DNA of 64,000 nt from contig NC_073391.1 in the NCBI RefSeq assembly GCF_028641065.1, positions 45,942,001 through 46,006,000 on the forward strand, written 5' to 3'. Of this stretch, positions 12,771-26,952 are shown one piece after another (the first letter of the stretch is position 1; each line of letters begins with the position of its first letter). The stretch is from Leucoraja erinacea (Eukaryota). A program made the translations under genes and the position numbers. The notes beneath the pieces were generated by a model, which worked only from the letters and a program-made list of their open reading frames with translations, made no database searches and was not told the origin of the DNA.

Positions 12771-13869
12771 CAGGATCTCGATGTAAACCACGTCGGCGAT
12801 GAAGTTGTACTCGATGCGGGGGCTGTCAGGAGGTGGGGGTGGGGGAGGGAGATGCCGAGGCTGCGGCCTAGTCCTCGCCCCGGGTCCCGCTCCTCCCCAT
12901 CCCCACAGCAGGGCCCGGAGCAGGGGGCTATGGTGGAGTGGTGGAATATAGTGTTGGGGAATGGGTTGCGTTGGGGGACCAGGCATCTCATGTGATTGGA
13001 CCCAACAGGTCCCACGTTGTCTAGTACATAGATACAGATAGATGGCGAGTTGAAGCATCCACTCTGTGACAGCGAGGCTGACAGGAAGCTGGGGGGACAA
13101 ACTGGCTGGCGGCAATCAACGTCAACTTTCTATTCGCTGACTTGCTATTTGTCTGCGCCACAGTGGGCCGTCTCTGCCAGTCATCCACCTGTGATTTGGC
13201 CCGTTCTTTTTAACTCCATCAGCGAGGGTAGCCTCGCCTGTTGGGCAAGTCCCACGTCCCCACTATGAGTATTTCCGTGGCCATGTCCCGTGGATATTCT
13301 GCTTTATGGTGACCCACCCCCAGGGGATTGATGGTGATGAACTGGACGATGGCAATGCCATTGAGTGCCAGTTAGATGACCGTGCTCCTGTAAACATAGA
13401 AAATATGTTTTCTGCGCAGAGGGAGCAGAGGGAGAGACTGCAACCCTAAGATTTTTGCCTCCACCACAGTGAGGAGGTGTTTGGAGGACTCATTGTGGTG
13501 GAAGTTAATTTGTGTTTATTGTTGTTATTATTGTATCACCGCCACAAAATTTCAATATGATCAATGGCTGATCATCAATTCAACTCGGAGTAGGCCATCC
13601 CCTGAGCTTGCACCGCCATTCGATATGATCATGGCTGATCATCCAACTCAGTATCCAATCCCTGCCTGATCCCTTTAGTCACAAGGGCCACATCTAACTC
13701 CCTCTAAATATAGCCAATGAACTGTGGCCTCAACTACCTTCTGTGGCAGAGAATTCCACAAATTCACCACTCTCCGTGTAATTGCTTGTATCATCTGATC
13801 ACACTCTCTTGAGGCAGGAAATCCATGCTTGTAGTCACAAACACGCTCTGCGGTTCTGCAACACATCGC

Positions 13870-14040
13870 GGGTGGTTTTGGCAATGGCCGCCTCCTTACC
13901 CACAACGCCCCGCGACGCAGAAAGCGGTCTATGCGTCGCCGTGCAGTCGATGCGCATGCGCCGCTTGGACCGGCTGCACCGGGCAACGTCACTGACGGGC
14001 GGGGAATCCCCGGGGTGAGGGGGAAGGGGAAGGTCCAGCA
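13870..14040. promoter_or_regulatory. Variant (type B) CpG promoter-like cassette
   Basis: TTACCCACAA, GCGCATGCGC, CGTCACTGACG, GGGCGGG; homologous to 22100-22260. Confidence 0.45.
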
Positions 14041-14196
14041 TCGTCCCCCTGGGTCCATCGAAGGAGCAGAAACGTTGGCATGGACCAGCAGGGCCGAATG
14101 GCCTCTCCACCTGCATCGAGTGTGTTGCAGAGACAGAGACAAGGACCTGAGACACTGGGTTTACAATCAAACTCATTTATTTATCACAGACCCACA

Positions 14197-14783
14197 GGGT
14201 CTTGCTGAGACCACACCTGGAGTATTGCGTACAGTTTTTTGGTCTCCAAATCTGTGGAAGGACATTATTGCCATAGAGGGAGTGCAGAGAAGGTTCACCA
14301 GACTGATTCCTGGGATGTCAGGACTGTCTTATGAAGAAAGACTGGATAGACTTGGTTTATACTCTCTAGAATTTAGGAGATTGAGAGGGGATCTTATAGA
14401 AACTTACAACATTCTTAAGGGGTTGGACAGGCTAGATGCAGGAAGATTGTTCCCGATGGTGGGGAAGTCCAGGACAAGGGGTCACAGCTTAAGGATAAGG
14501 GGGGAAATCCTTTAAAACCGAGATGAGAAGAACTTTTTTCACACAGAGAGTGGTGAATCTCTGGAACTCTCTGCCACAGAGGGTAGTTGAGGCCAGTTCA
14601 TTGGCTATATTTAAGAGGGAGTTAGATGTGGCCCTTGTGGCTAAGGGGATCGGGGGGTGTGGAGAGAAGGCGGGTACGGGATACTGAGTTGGATGATCAG
14701 CCATGATCATATTGAATGGCGGTGCAGGCTCGAAGGGCCGAATGGCCTACTCCTGCACCTAATTTCTATGTTTCTATGTTTCT
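14197..14783 (+). mobile_element. CR1 3' fragment
   Basis: RT C-terminus and (TTTCTATG)n tail. Confidence 0.85.
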
Positions 14784-14930
14784 AATATTAAATCCCAGTG
14801 TTTAAGAAGGAACTGCAGATGCTGGAAAATTGAAGGTAGACAAAAAATGCTGGAGAAACTCAGCGGGTGCAGCAGCATCTATGGAGCGAAGGAGATAGGC
14901 AACGTTTCGGGCCGAAACCCTTCTTCAGAC

Positions 14931-15840
14931 TAAAGATCTTATAGCTTATAGCTATAGGGAGGTTTCACGGCAGTCGGGTCACGACCCATGACCTGTACTG
15001 TTGCTACTCTACTCCAAATGGATTACACGCGATGAACTGCAGGTAGGCACTTACCATTGTTTCCAGCGTTGCGGGCCCGTTAAAACCCGCCGAAAATGTC
15101 AATTTTTGCGCTGTAAATAATTATGGAAATCGGGATAAGCGCGAGAGACATTTAGCCTACTTCAGAATTCCAAAAGTGAGGAGAAATGACGGTAGATAGA
15201 AACGAGAGCTGAAGGGACAACAACAGCCAGAGTGCTTAGCGAACATTGGCCGTTTGCTCACTGCATTTCATCAACAGTAAGGCATTATTTGTGTTTTTCT
15301 TGATTCCTTTGGCATCTAAAAAGTTTCAGAAGTGATAAATCTGGCTGTAATTTTTTTAAATCGCCCATGGTTCTCGTGGGTTTTTACATACAAAATGAAA
15401 ACGCATCTGAAGAAAAATTTACAGCCAGATTTATCACTTCTGAGACTTTTTAGATACCAAAGGAATCAAGAAAAAACACAAATAATGCCTTACTGTTGAT
15501 GAAATGCAGTGAGCAAACGCGATAATTCCCAATATTTTCAATGTTTACCCAGCACTTTAGCTGCTATAGTCCCTTCAGTTCTCGCTTCTCTTTACCTTCA
15601 TTTCGCTTCACGTTTGGAATTCTAAAGTTGGGTACATGTCTCTCACACTTACCCCGACTCCCACAATTTGTTTCAGCGCAAAAATTCAAAATTTTAGCGG
15701 TTTTTAACAGGTAGGAAAGTACGCGTTTCTAGCATTAATAACATGTACCGGAAGTGATGGATGTCTTCCAGTTGGATTTAGCGGCTCCGTGCGTCGAGCC
15801 CTATGACCCAGTGACCTTTCGTGCAACCATAAGATCTTTG
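14931..15840. mobile_element. Non-autonomous DNA transposon (P-element-like fold-back MITE), 910 bp
   Basis: 8-bp TSD CTTCAGAC (14923-14930 / 15841-15848); termini TAAAGATCTTAT...ATAAGATCTTTG; long internal inverted repeat; splits a Penelope-derived repeat. Confidence 0.8.
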
Positions 15841-16756
15841 CTTCAGACTGATAGGGGGTGGGGGGGGGCGGGGAGAAGAAAGGAAAAAAGGAGGAGGAGC
15901 CCGAGGGCCGAGGGGAGAGATAGGAAGGGGAGGAGACACAAAGGGTTAACAGAATTGTGAGAATTCAATGTTCATGCCACCAGGATGCAGACTCCCCAAG
16001 CGGAATATGAGGTGCTGTTCCTCCAATATGAGGTGTAATCCCAGCTCAGATACAGCAATGACAATAGCAATTGTAATCATGTATTGTCTTTCCTTAAAAT
16101 GAATGAGTGAATACTTTATTGCCACATGTGGCAAGTTAAACACTTTGCTTGCCCCACCCTCACTTATTCTCTCCCCCCACCCCTCATGGCGGGTCCCCCC
16201 CCCCCACCTGGTCCCCCTTTGTTGTTCATCCCCCCCCCACTCTGGTTCCTTTTTGTTCCCACCAGCACATCCTCCGGCCCCATACGACGAGAATAATCTC
16301 CCCCCCCCCCCCCCCCCCCCCACTGATCGTGCCCAGTGAACAGTACTCAGTCCTGGATGTGATGAGAGCAGACACCACAGACTCCAACACTAGCAGACAC
16401 TTGTGGACTTAAGCTTGAACAGAGCTTTGTTGAACAGCAGGTGGACGCAAAATGCTGGAGTAACTCAGCGGCACAGACAGAAGACAGAAATAGGTGACGC
16501 CTCGACCCGAAACGTCACCTATTCCTTCTCTCCAGAGATGCTGCCTGCCCCGCTGAGTTACTCCAGCATTTTGCGTCAGCCTTCAATTTAAACCAGCATC
16601 TGCAGTTCTTCTCCGCACATTAGATCAACAGCGAAAGTATTCAGCAACTGCGATTGTTAACCCTGACCTCCCTCCCCCAGTGTGAACTCTCTCATGGGTT
16701 ACCAGGTTGGGAGACGGAGTGAATCTCTTCCCACACACGGAACAGGCGAACGGCCT

Positions 16757-17188
16757 CTACTCAGTGTGAATTTTCCGGTGTTTCTTCAGGTTGCAGGCTT
16801 GAGAGAACCCCTTCCCACAACCAGAGCAGGTGAAGGGCTTCTCCCCGGTATGAATCAGCTGATGTGTCAGTAGCCTCGATGATGAGGTCAATCCCTTCCC
16901 GCAAACAGAACAGGTGAAGGGCTTCTCCCCCGCGAGAATTCTCTGGTGTGTCCTCAGGTTGCCGGCCTGAGAGAATCCCTTCCCACAATCGGGACAGGGA
17001 ATTGTTTTCTGGGCAATCTGGACAAGTTCAGCGTGAACTTGCTTTTGGTGACTCTTCAGGTTGTTTGCTTGAGTGAATCCCTTCCCACAATCGGGACAGG
17101 GAAATGGTTTCTCCACAGCGTGGTCTTGCCGGTGGGAAGATGGAGTGAATCCCAGCTCACTCTCAGAGCTAGTGAATAATGTCTCCAT
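16757..17188 (-). pseudogene. Short or truncated C2H2 ZNF (4 fingers before a premature TAG)
   Basis: ATG at 17188; linker reads HTE*RPF and a fifth finger follows the stop; finger 2 lacks the last His. Confidence 0.7.
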
Positions 17189-17402
17189 GCTGCGGAATTT
17201 ATGGTGCCTCGTCGGCTCAGCTGACACAGTGAATCCCTCCCACGCGTTCAGGTGCAGGTTTGAGATTCCCGAGCATCAATATCCTCTACTTGTTCTATCC
17301 TGTAAGAAAAGGTTTACACTAAATTAACAGGCAAAGATCGGTATTTCAGACGAGGTGATTTTAGTCTCCATGGTTTGCTGTTTTCGATAAATAACTGGAT
17401 TC

Positions 17403-18093
17403 ATAGAAACATAGAAAACAGGTGCAGGGGTAGGCCATTCAGCCCTTCGAGCCTGCACCGCCATTCAATATGATCATGGCTGAACAGCCAACTCAGTATC
17501 CCATCCCTGCCTTCACTCCATACCCCCTGATCCCTTTAGCCACAAGGGCCACATCTAACTCTCTCTTAAATATAGCCAATGAACTGGCCTCAACTACCTT
17601 CTGTGACAGAGAATTCCACAGATTCACCACTCTCTGTGTGAAAAATGTTTTTCTCATCTCCGTCCTAAAAGATTTCCCCCTTATCCTTAAACTGTGACCC
17701 CTTGTTCTGGACTTCCCCAACATCGGGAACAATCTTCCTGCATCTAGCCTGTCCAACCCCTCAAGAATTTTGTAAGTTTCTATAAGATCCCCCCTCAATC
17801 TTCTAAATTCCAGCGTGTACAAACCGAGTCTATCCAGTCTTTCTTCATATGAAAGTCCCGACATCCCAGGAATCAGTCTGGTGAACCTTCTCTGTACTCC
17901 CTCTATGGCAAGAATGTCCTTCCTCAGATTAGGAGAACAAAACTGTACGCAATACTCCAGGTGTGGTCTCACCAAGACCCTGTACAACTGCAGTAGAACC
18001 TCCCTGCTCCTATGCTCAAATCCTTTTGCTATGAATGCTAACATACCATTCGCTTTCTTCACTGCCTGCTGCACCTGGATGCCTACCTTCAAT
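17403..18093 (-). mobile_element. CR1 3' fragment
   Basis: C-terminal part of ORF 17493-18275 is CR1 RT C-terminus; tail at 17403. Confidence 0.85.
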
Positions 18094-18719
18094 AACAGTT
18101 TCGATTCACTCAGTAATTTATGACACTGTGCTAAATAAGGCACAGACACGCACGTATCCCCGAACGCACCCGCAAACCGTACACTCGTACACGGCAGAGC
18201 ATGCCGCAGGATGTTATGCTCAAGATCACCAGACACCGTTCGCGACACGGTCCAAGGCTGAGGTCCACGGTCCAACCCAAAGGGCTCCCAACGCCAATCT
18301 TTATGGCATTTCTTATCAGAGCAGATACTGCCCCAATCATAAGCCCCACCTTGTCTGCAAGGTTTCTACGCTACTAGCGGCAGGGGGAGGGGGAGCGGGT
18401 GGTCGACCCCACCGTTGCCGTCGTGTTTTGTCCACCAACGCAACCTTTCCCCCAGAGAATGTCCTGGGAAAGGCTGCATTGCCAGGCAACGGTCACAGGC
18501 ATGAGGAGATAACGTGTCTGGAAACTTGTTTTGGGGAGGGGCTATGGAATGTCTGGCTGCTGACGGAGCTGAGAACTCCATTTCACGTTTTAGCTCAAAT
18601 TGTCAGTTTAACCCTTACACTACACCCCTTGGAGTCATGAGTCTACATTAACCCCCCCCCCCCCCCCCATCTAACTACATGTTACCGAGTATACAAACAA
18701 TAATAATCAAAAGTACTTC

Positions 18720-19103
18720 TTTGGAGCGCAGAAGGTTAAAGGGGGACTTGATAGAGAGGGATAGACAGAGTTGACGTGGATAAGCTTTTCCCATCGAGAG
18801 CAGGGAAGATTCAAACAAGAGGACACGATTTGAGAATTAAGGGACAAACCTTTATGGGTAACATGAGGGGGGAACTTCTTTACTCAGAGGGAGCTAGCGG
18901 TGTGGAATGAGCTTCCAGTGGAAGTGGGGGAGGCAGGTTCGATTTCATCATTTAAAAATAAATTGGATAGGTATATGGACGGGAAAGGAATGGAGGGTTA
19001 TGGCCTGAGTGCAGGTAGAGGGGACTAGGTGAGAGTAAGTGTTCGGCACGGACTAGAAGGGCCGAGATGGCCTGTTTCCGTGCTGTAATTGTTATATGGT
19101 TAT
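18720..19103 (+). mobile_element. CR1 3' fragment (TTATATGG-tail family)
   Basis: Same family as 4448-4707 and 62895-63273. Confidence 0.75.
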
Positions 19104-19932
19104 ATACTGTATAATAATTATATCTGAATAATGTGAGGTGATTATGTGTTAAATTAACTATCCGTTCCATAATGGCGTGAGTTATGGGTTCGATCAGACA
19201 CTGAGCTAGTTTCGCTTAGTTAAGCTTATCTTAACCACTGTGCAGGCATCCTCGTGATTTAATCAGCCCAAGCATGCAGAGTGGTGTTTTGAACACAATT
19301 TCACCTCATATTAACCCCATACACCCCAAATTCCGGTTACATCCGGCCCTCGGGTTCAATGCCACCCCTCCACCCTCCTGGCAGTCCTCACAGGGCAGTA
19401 GGGAAGCACACACGGCACAATATGATGCCGACCACCACCAAAACAAGCCAACTCACCAGCCATTGCATAATATTATGCCCCCAGAAATTCACACCTGGAA
19501 CAGTGGATTCAGTAGCTCATGAACCCCGTACCGTTTTCGTCTGAAGATGGGTCTCGAGCCAAGACGTCCCCCATTCCCTCTCTCCAGAGATGCTGCCTCT
19601 GTCCCGCTGAGTTACTCCAGCATTTTGTGTCTACCCTTTTCACCTTCCCAAAGTAAACAGTGAAACAAACATTCAATGATTCACCAGGGGAGAAAGAGTG
19701 CAAGAGTCCAGATGGGCTGAGTGGCTCTGGGTATATTGCGTGCAGCGACACAGGCATGGTTTATAGCAGATCTCCTTTATTTTAGATATTAAATTCCAGG
19801 CCAGTTATAACAGCAGAACAAACCCCAACTGTTGCCAAATGACCAGGGTCTTGTCCAGGGTGTGATGAGCAGCAGCAGCAGCAGTAACTGCAGAGTCCAA
19901 CACCAGGAGCCACCACTGGACTTAACAACTGG

Positions 19933-20643
19933 TCAAAGAGTGAAGAAACATCTTGTTGAAACGTCCACTCCAGTGTGAACTCGCTGATGAGCCATCAGGT
20001 TGGAAGACTGGGTGAATCTTTTCCCACACACAGAGCAGGGGTACGGCTTCTCCCCGGTGTGAACCCGCTGGTGTGACCTGAGGTGCGATAATTGGATGAA
20101 TCCCTTCCCACACACAGAGCAAGTGAACGGCCTCTCCCCGGTGTGAATCCGTTGGTGCGATTGAAGCTGAGACAATTGAATGAATCTCTTCCCACACACA
20201 GAGCAGGGGAACGGCCTCTCCCCAGTGTGAATCCGCTGGTGTGACCCGAGATGCGATAATTGAATGAATCCCTTCCCACACTCAAAACAGACGAACGGCC
20301 TCTCCCCGGTGTGAATCCGCCAATGTGACTGTAGCTGAGATAACTGAATGAATCCCTTTCCACACTCAAAACAGACGAACGGCCTCTCGCCAGTGTGGAT
20401 CCGCCAGTGTGATTGCAGCTGAGATAACTGAGTGAATCCCTTCCCGCACTCAGAACAGACGAACGGCCTCTCGCCAGTGTGAACTCGCTGGTGTGTCTGC
20501 AGCTGAGACAGCTGAATGAATCTTTTCCGGCACACGGAACAGGCGAACGGTCTCTCCCCGGTGTGAATCCGCTCGTGTACTAGCAGCCGGGAAGTTTGAG
20601 CAAATCCCTTCCCACACTCAGAGCAGGTGAATAATGTTTCCAT
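19933..20643 (-). CDS. C2H2 zinc-finger protein, 8 fingers, 236 aa
   Basis: ATG ([11 protein letters not shown]) at 20643; eight intact fingers; acceptor at about 21169; promoter cassette at 22262-22560. Confidence 0.85.
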   Translation of the reverse strand: METLFTCSECGKGFAQTSRLLVHERIHTGERPFACSVCRKRFIQLSQLQTHQRVHTGERPFVCSECGKGFTQLSQLQSHWRIHTGERPFVCFECGKGFIQLSQLQSHWRIHTGERPFVCFECGKGFIQLSHLGSHQRIHTGERPFPCSVCGKRFIQLSQLQSHQRIHTGERPFTCSVCGKGFIQLSHLRSHQRVHTGEKPYPCSVCGKRFTQSSNLMAHQRVHTGVDVSTRCFFTL

Positions 20644-21622
20644 GCCGTGACCCCCCCCTGGCACTTCGTCGGTCAGTATGTCACAGTGACTCCTTCCTGC
20701 ACTTGGAGAGTTGAACAACCAACCTCCAGAGGGGATGCAGCTGTTGTGTTCTCAGGGAACTGGATCGAGAGCATGATCCATATTTGTACTGCAGATGAAA
20801 TATATGTTCACTTTTTGATCAATGACCTGAAGCAGCCGACAAGGTGGCATCCAATCTCACTCCAACATTGTACGCGTGCTTAGTTCCTCTGCATCGTGAC
20901 CAGTTTGTTACCTTCAGCTGTGTCAAGGGTCGAAGCTCCCTCCACGGTCGGTTGTCTCGACTCACTCACTCAAGGGTGGGAGAATCACTGCCCGCGAGGT
21001 TACTGTATGGTATGTCATCCCTTTACGGAAATAAAGGAAACACGCATCCCCTTTTCCATAATACAAGGATCGATGACATTCAGGACCGGAGAACTGAACA
21101 ACGCCACTGCAGATCAAATGTGTCGTTGAGCTTGCGATTGGCAGCTGCAAATTCTCCGCTTTCCCCCCCTGCAAAATGAGTTACAAAAAGGACATTAATT
21201 GGTTAAGTATAGTGTTTCAGATTAGATCATTTTAGTCTCTGCGGTGTGTTTACCAAAGTTAGATACAAAGTGCTTGAGTAACTCGGCGGATCAGACATCA
21301 ACTCTGGAGGAAAAGGACTGGTGGTGTTTCAGGGTGACACCCATCTTGAGAATGAAAGCTAGTGGAATCAAGGGATAGGGGGAGAAGGCAGGCATGGATT
21401 ATTGATTGGGGACGATCAGTCATGATCACAATGAATGGCGGTGCTGGCTCGAAGGGCCGAATGGCCTCCTGCACCTATTTTCTATGTTTAAGCATGGGGT
21501 GGGTGGTGGGTGGTGTGAAGAGCTGGAGGTGGGAAAAGTCCAGGATCAATGGCCACAGAGGACCTCAGGTAGGGAGGTGCCTGGTAGACCCACTGTTGGC
21601 AGGGGGACGTATGATCTCGAGA

Positions 21623-21912
21623 GTTAAGGATAAGGGGGAAATCCTTTAAAACCGAGATGAGAAGAACTTTTTTCACGCAGAGAGTGGTGAATCTCTGGAA
21701 CTCTCTGCCACAGAGGGAAGTTGAGGCCAGTTCATTGGCTATAGTTAAGAGGGAGTTAGATGTGGCCCTTGTGGCTAAGGGGATCAGGGGGTATGGAGAG
21801 AAGGCAGGTACGGGATACTGAGTTGGATGATCAGCCATGATCATATTGAATGGCGGTGCAGGCTCGAAGGGCCGAATGGCCTACTCCTGCACCTAATTTC
21901 TATGTTTCTATG
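21623..21912 (+). mobile_element. CR1 3' fragment
   Basis: CR1 3' end and (TTTCTATG)n tail. Confidence 0.8.
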
Positions 21913-22099
21913 AGAGGGGAACAATGTGGAGAACTGTAAAACGCCTGGGGTGGAAGTTATTTAAAATGAGAGAATTCAATGCTCACACCGCTAGGTTGTA
22001 CAAATCAGATGCAGTTTCAGCAATGTGCGTGCAGCCTCACTCAAGCAATGGAATGTGATAATACACTCGGAGAAAAAGACACGAGGCGCCTGTGTGTGT

Positions 22100-22560
22100 T
22101 TGGCCATGGCCGCCTCTTTACCCACAACCACCCGCGAGACAGAAACCGGTCTATCCGTCACCGTGCTGTCGATGCGCATGCGCCGTCACTGACGGGCGGG
22201 AAACTCCCCGGGGCCCGGGTGTGGAGGGAGGGGGAGGGGGGGAGGACCAGCACGTGACGGGCCACCGTGTCCCCGAGGGCCGCACCGATTCTCCCCGCAG
22301 CCGGGGGCCGCTCCTCAGGCCGGGGCCTCGGTGCTGACTGATCCCGCGCCCGGATCCCCGCTCCTACCCGCCGCCGATCCTCCGGAGTCTTTTGTCCACG
22401 GACCGCATGCGCGCCAGGGTCGCGCCACTTCCGGGGCTCTCCGCGCCTGCGCAGTTCATATCGTCTGCAACATAGGGCGAGTTCTGGGGCGCGGGGATTT
22501 CTGGGTAAGGACGGCGCCATGGAAATGACCTGAAATCACCGGCTCAACGTTCCCGAATGG
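22100..22560 (-). promoter_or_regulatory. Promoter/exon-1 cassette (22262-22560) abutting a type B cassette (22100-22260)
   Basis: Cassette homology; ETS-, NRF1- and ZNF143-like motifs; GG|GTAGGAG donor. Confidence 0.6.
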
Positions 22561-23074
22561 AGTGAATATTCACTTGGTCCTTTTGTGTGCCCCCAGACGT
22601 TGAAACCTGGAACAGTGGATACAGTAGATATAGTAAATCATGAACCAAGTACCGTTTTTGTCTGAAGAAAGGTCTCAAGCCGAAACGTCTCCCATTCCTT
22701 GAATTGAATTGAATAACCTTCAATAATCCTTTACAGGAAATTACAGTGCCACAACAGCTTCAAGACAGACATAACACCACACATTTTCACAGATAGCTTC
22801 AATACTTAATAAGTTAAAATATAATGAATGAATACTAAAAAAAATCCAAAATTATTTTTGTGCATTATAAAACCTTATAGCAGCTGGTATACAAGACTTC
22901 CTATATCTCTCCGTTTTGCACATTGGTGCAATCAGTCTCTGACTGAAGATGCTGCACTTGATCATCTTCAGGGCGTGGAGTGGGTGAGTGGGGTTGGTCA
23001 TTATTGAACCTAGTTTGTTTAGAGATGAATCCTTCTCTCCAGAGATGCTGCCTGTCCCGCTGCGTCACTCCAGC

Positions 23075-24481
<1,407 letters not shown>

Positions 24482-24499
24482 TAGGACCGACACGTTCCC

Positions 24500-24730
24500 C
24501 AGTGGCGGGCCACCTTGTCCCCGCTCCTGCCTGCCGCCGATCCTCCCGGAGTCTTTTGCTCACGGTCCGCATGCGCGGCTTGTTCGCACCCACTTCCGGG
24601 CTCTCCGCACCTGGTATCGCCTGCAACATAGAGCGAGTTCTCGGGCGTGGGGGTTTCTGGGTAAAGAGGGCGCCATGGAAGTTACCTAAAATCACCGGCT
24701 CAGCATTCCCCAATGGACAACAGTCACTTG
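24500..24730 (-). promoter_or_regulatory. Promoter/exon-1 cassette
   Basis: Cassette homology; donor altered to GCAGGAG. Confidence 0.5.
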
Positions 24731-25392
24731 GGCCTTGTATGTGGAGGGTGTGCAATCAATTTAACCACCGCGACCTCTCACTAACGATGTGATCGATTAC
24801 TTGTGAAACCCATCGCACATGCAAGTGCCGGAAATTCCAACTATGTCACTCATGAACCAATGGCAGTTTTCACCCTCCCTCCCCAGAGTAAACAGAGGAG
24901 GAAGAAATACAAGAACATTCCAGAGGAGTCAGCAGAAGAGAAAGACTGGCAGTGACCAGATGGGCCGAATGGCCGCTCAATGTACATTGCATGCAGAGAG
25001 ACACAGGGTTTACAACAGAACTTATTTATTTGTCACTGATCCAAGACATTAAACTCCCGACCACTTATAGGAATTACTAACAACATCGGAACAAACCCCA
25101 ACTGTGTCCAGCGACCAAGGTTCAGTCCTGGGTGTGATGAACATCAGCAGTACCCGCACAGTCCAACACCAGCAGTCGCTTGTGGACTTGCAACTGGACT
25201 CAGCAACCGTGATGGTTAAACAGCGAACCAAAAACTCACTTCAAATGCCCGCGCCCCCACCCAGCGTGAACGAGCTGGTGTCAACAGCTCAGATAATCAA
25301 GTGAATCCCTTCCCACACACTAAACAGGTGAGTGGCCTCTCCCCCAGTGTGAATTCTCTGCTGGGTCACCAGGTTAGATTTACCAGTGAAAC

Positions 25393-25962
25393 TCTACCCA
25401 CAGTTGGGAGAGGCAACTGGTTTCTCCACGGCGTGAACTCGCTGGTGGGTCATCAGGTGGGAATATTGTGCGAATCCCTTCCCACACTCGGAGCAGATGA
25501 ACGGCCTCTCCCCGGTGGTGTGAACTCTCTGATTGTCGCTTCCCACACCCGGAGCAGATAACGTGGACTCTCGGCCTCATGAGTGAATCGCTTCCCACAC
25601 TCGGGACAGTTGAAGGGCTTCTCCCCGGTGTGAATGCGCTGATGTGTCTTCAAGCTGCTCACATGAGCGAATCCCTTGCCACAATCAGAGCAGATGAACG
25701 GCCTGTCCCCAGTGTGAGTTCTCTGGTGTGCCTGCAATACAGTCGAGTCAATGAACCCCTTCCCACACTCGGAGCAGGAGAACGGCCTCTCCCCGGTGTG
25801 AATTCTCTGGTGCCTCTTCAACTGGTTTGCATGAGTGAATCCCTTCCCACAATCGGGACAGACAAATGCTTTCCCCAGAGCGTGATCTTGCTGGTGGGTC
25901 ACCGGGTGGGGAGATTGAGTGGACCCCTGCTCACACTCAGAGCTGGTGGATAATGTCTCCAT
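25393..25962 (-). pseudogene. C2H2 ZNF pseudogene, paralogue of 35680-36795
   Basis: Near-identical N-terminus [13 protein letters not shown]; 3 intact fingers, then a scrambled, frameshifted stretch at about 25510-25585, then the terminal finger. Confidence 0.75.
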
Positions 25963-26317
25963 GCTGTCAACTCCCCGGCGTCTCGTCAGCTCAGTGAAGC
26001 CCTCGCAAGGTGCTGGTGAACTGAACGACACTGCGGATCTGATGGGTTGAGTTTGAGATTCCCCAACACAAATCTTCTGCTTGTTCCACCTTGAATAAAA
26101 GAGTTCACAATAAACATTAATAGATTAAGAAGAGTGCGTCAGAAGAAGTGATTTTAGTGTCAACGGTGAGCCTTGTCACAAAGCGGTGGGTTACGCATGT
26201 CTTGCTCTTTACACCTGGAACACCTTGCGGTGAAGTGCCGTCCCTTCCACTTCACCTCCATCATCATGGACACGGTCTGCATCCAACCCAGGAAGATGCA
26301 CAGAGTCTTTTACCCAG

Positions 26318-26952
26318 AGTTTGATGACCTGGAAAAGATCATCCACACATTCATCTCCTCCCGCCTAGATTTCTGCAACTCCCTTTACACTGGCATCAGC
26401 CAATCTTCCCTGTCCCGCCTGCAACTGGTCCAAAACGCCGCAGCGGGACGGACTCCTGACGGGCACCCGAAAAAGGGACCACATCACCCCGATCCTGGCC
26501 TCTCTCCACTGGCTCCCTGTGCGGTTCCGTATAAACTTCAAGATTCTCCTCCATGTCTACAAAGCCCTCAATGGGCTTTCCCCCACCTACATAAAAAGTC
26601 TTCTCACCCACCACTACACCTCCAGGTCCCTCAGATCGGCCGACTTGGGGTTGTTGAATACCCCACGGCATAAGCTCGGGGGCGACCGCGCCTTTGCGGT
26701 TGCAGCCCCTAGACTGTGGAACAGCATCCCCTTTCCCATCAGAACTGCCCCCTCCATCGACTCTTTTAAGACTATAAAGACTTATCTATACTCCCAAGCC
26801 ATTCCTGACGTCCTCTGAGTGAGGGCTACATGTATATATGTATGTAGCTTGTTTTGTTGTGCTATTCTTATAACAAATGTAACGCACTTTGGCCAACGAG
26901 AGTTGTTTTTTTAAATGTGCTATAGAAATAAATGTGACTTGACTTGACTTGA
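26318..26952 (+). mobile_element. L2 LINE 3' fragment
   Basis: LEKIIHTFISSRLDFCNSL, HITPILASLHWLP, GDRAFAVAAPRLWN; (GACTT)n tail. Confidence 0.8.

Noticed and set aside
18035-18640. 201-aa ORF in unique-looking sequence
   Set aside because: It starts in antisense CR1, has no recognisable motif and contains scraps of the Helitron-like repeat; probably decayed or low-quality sequence.
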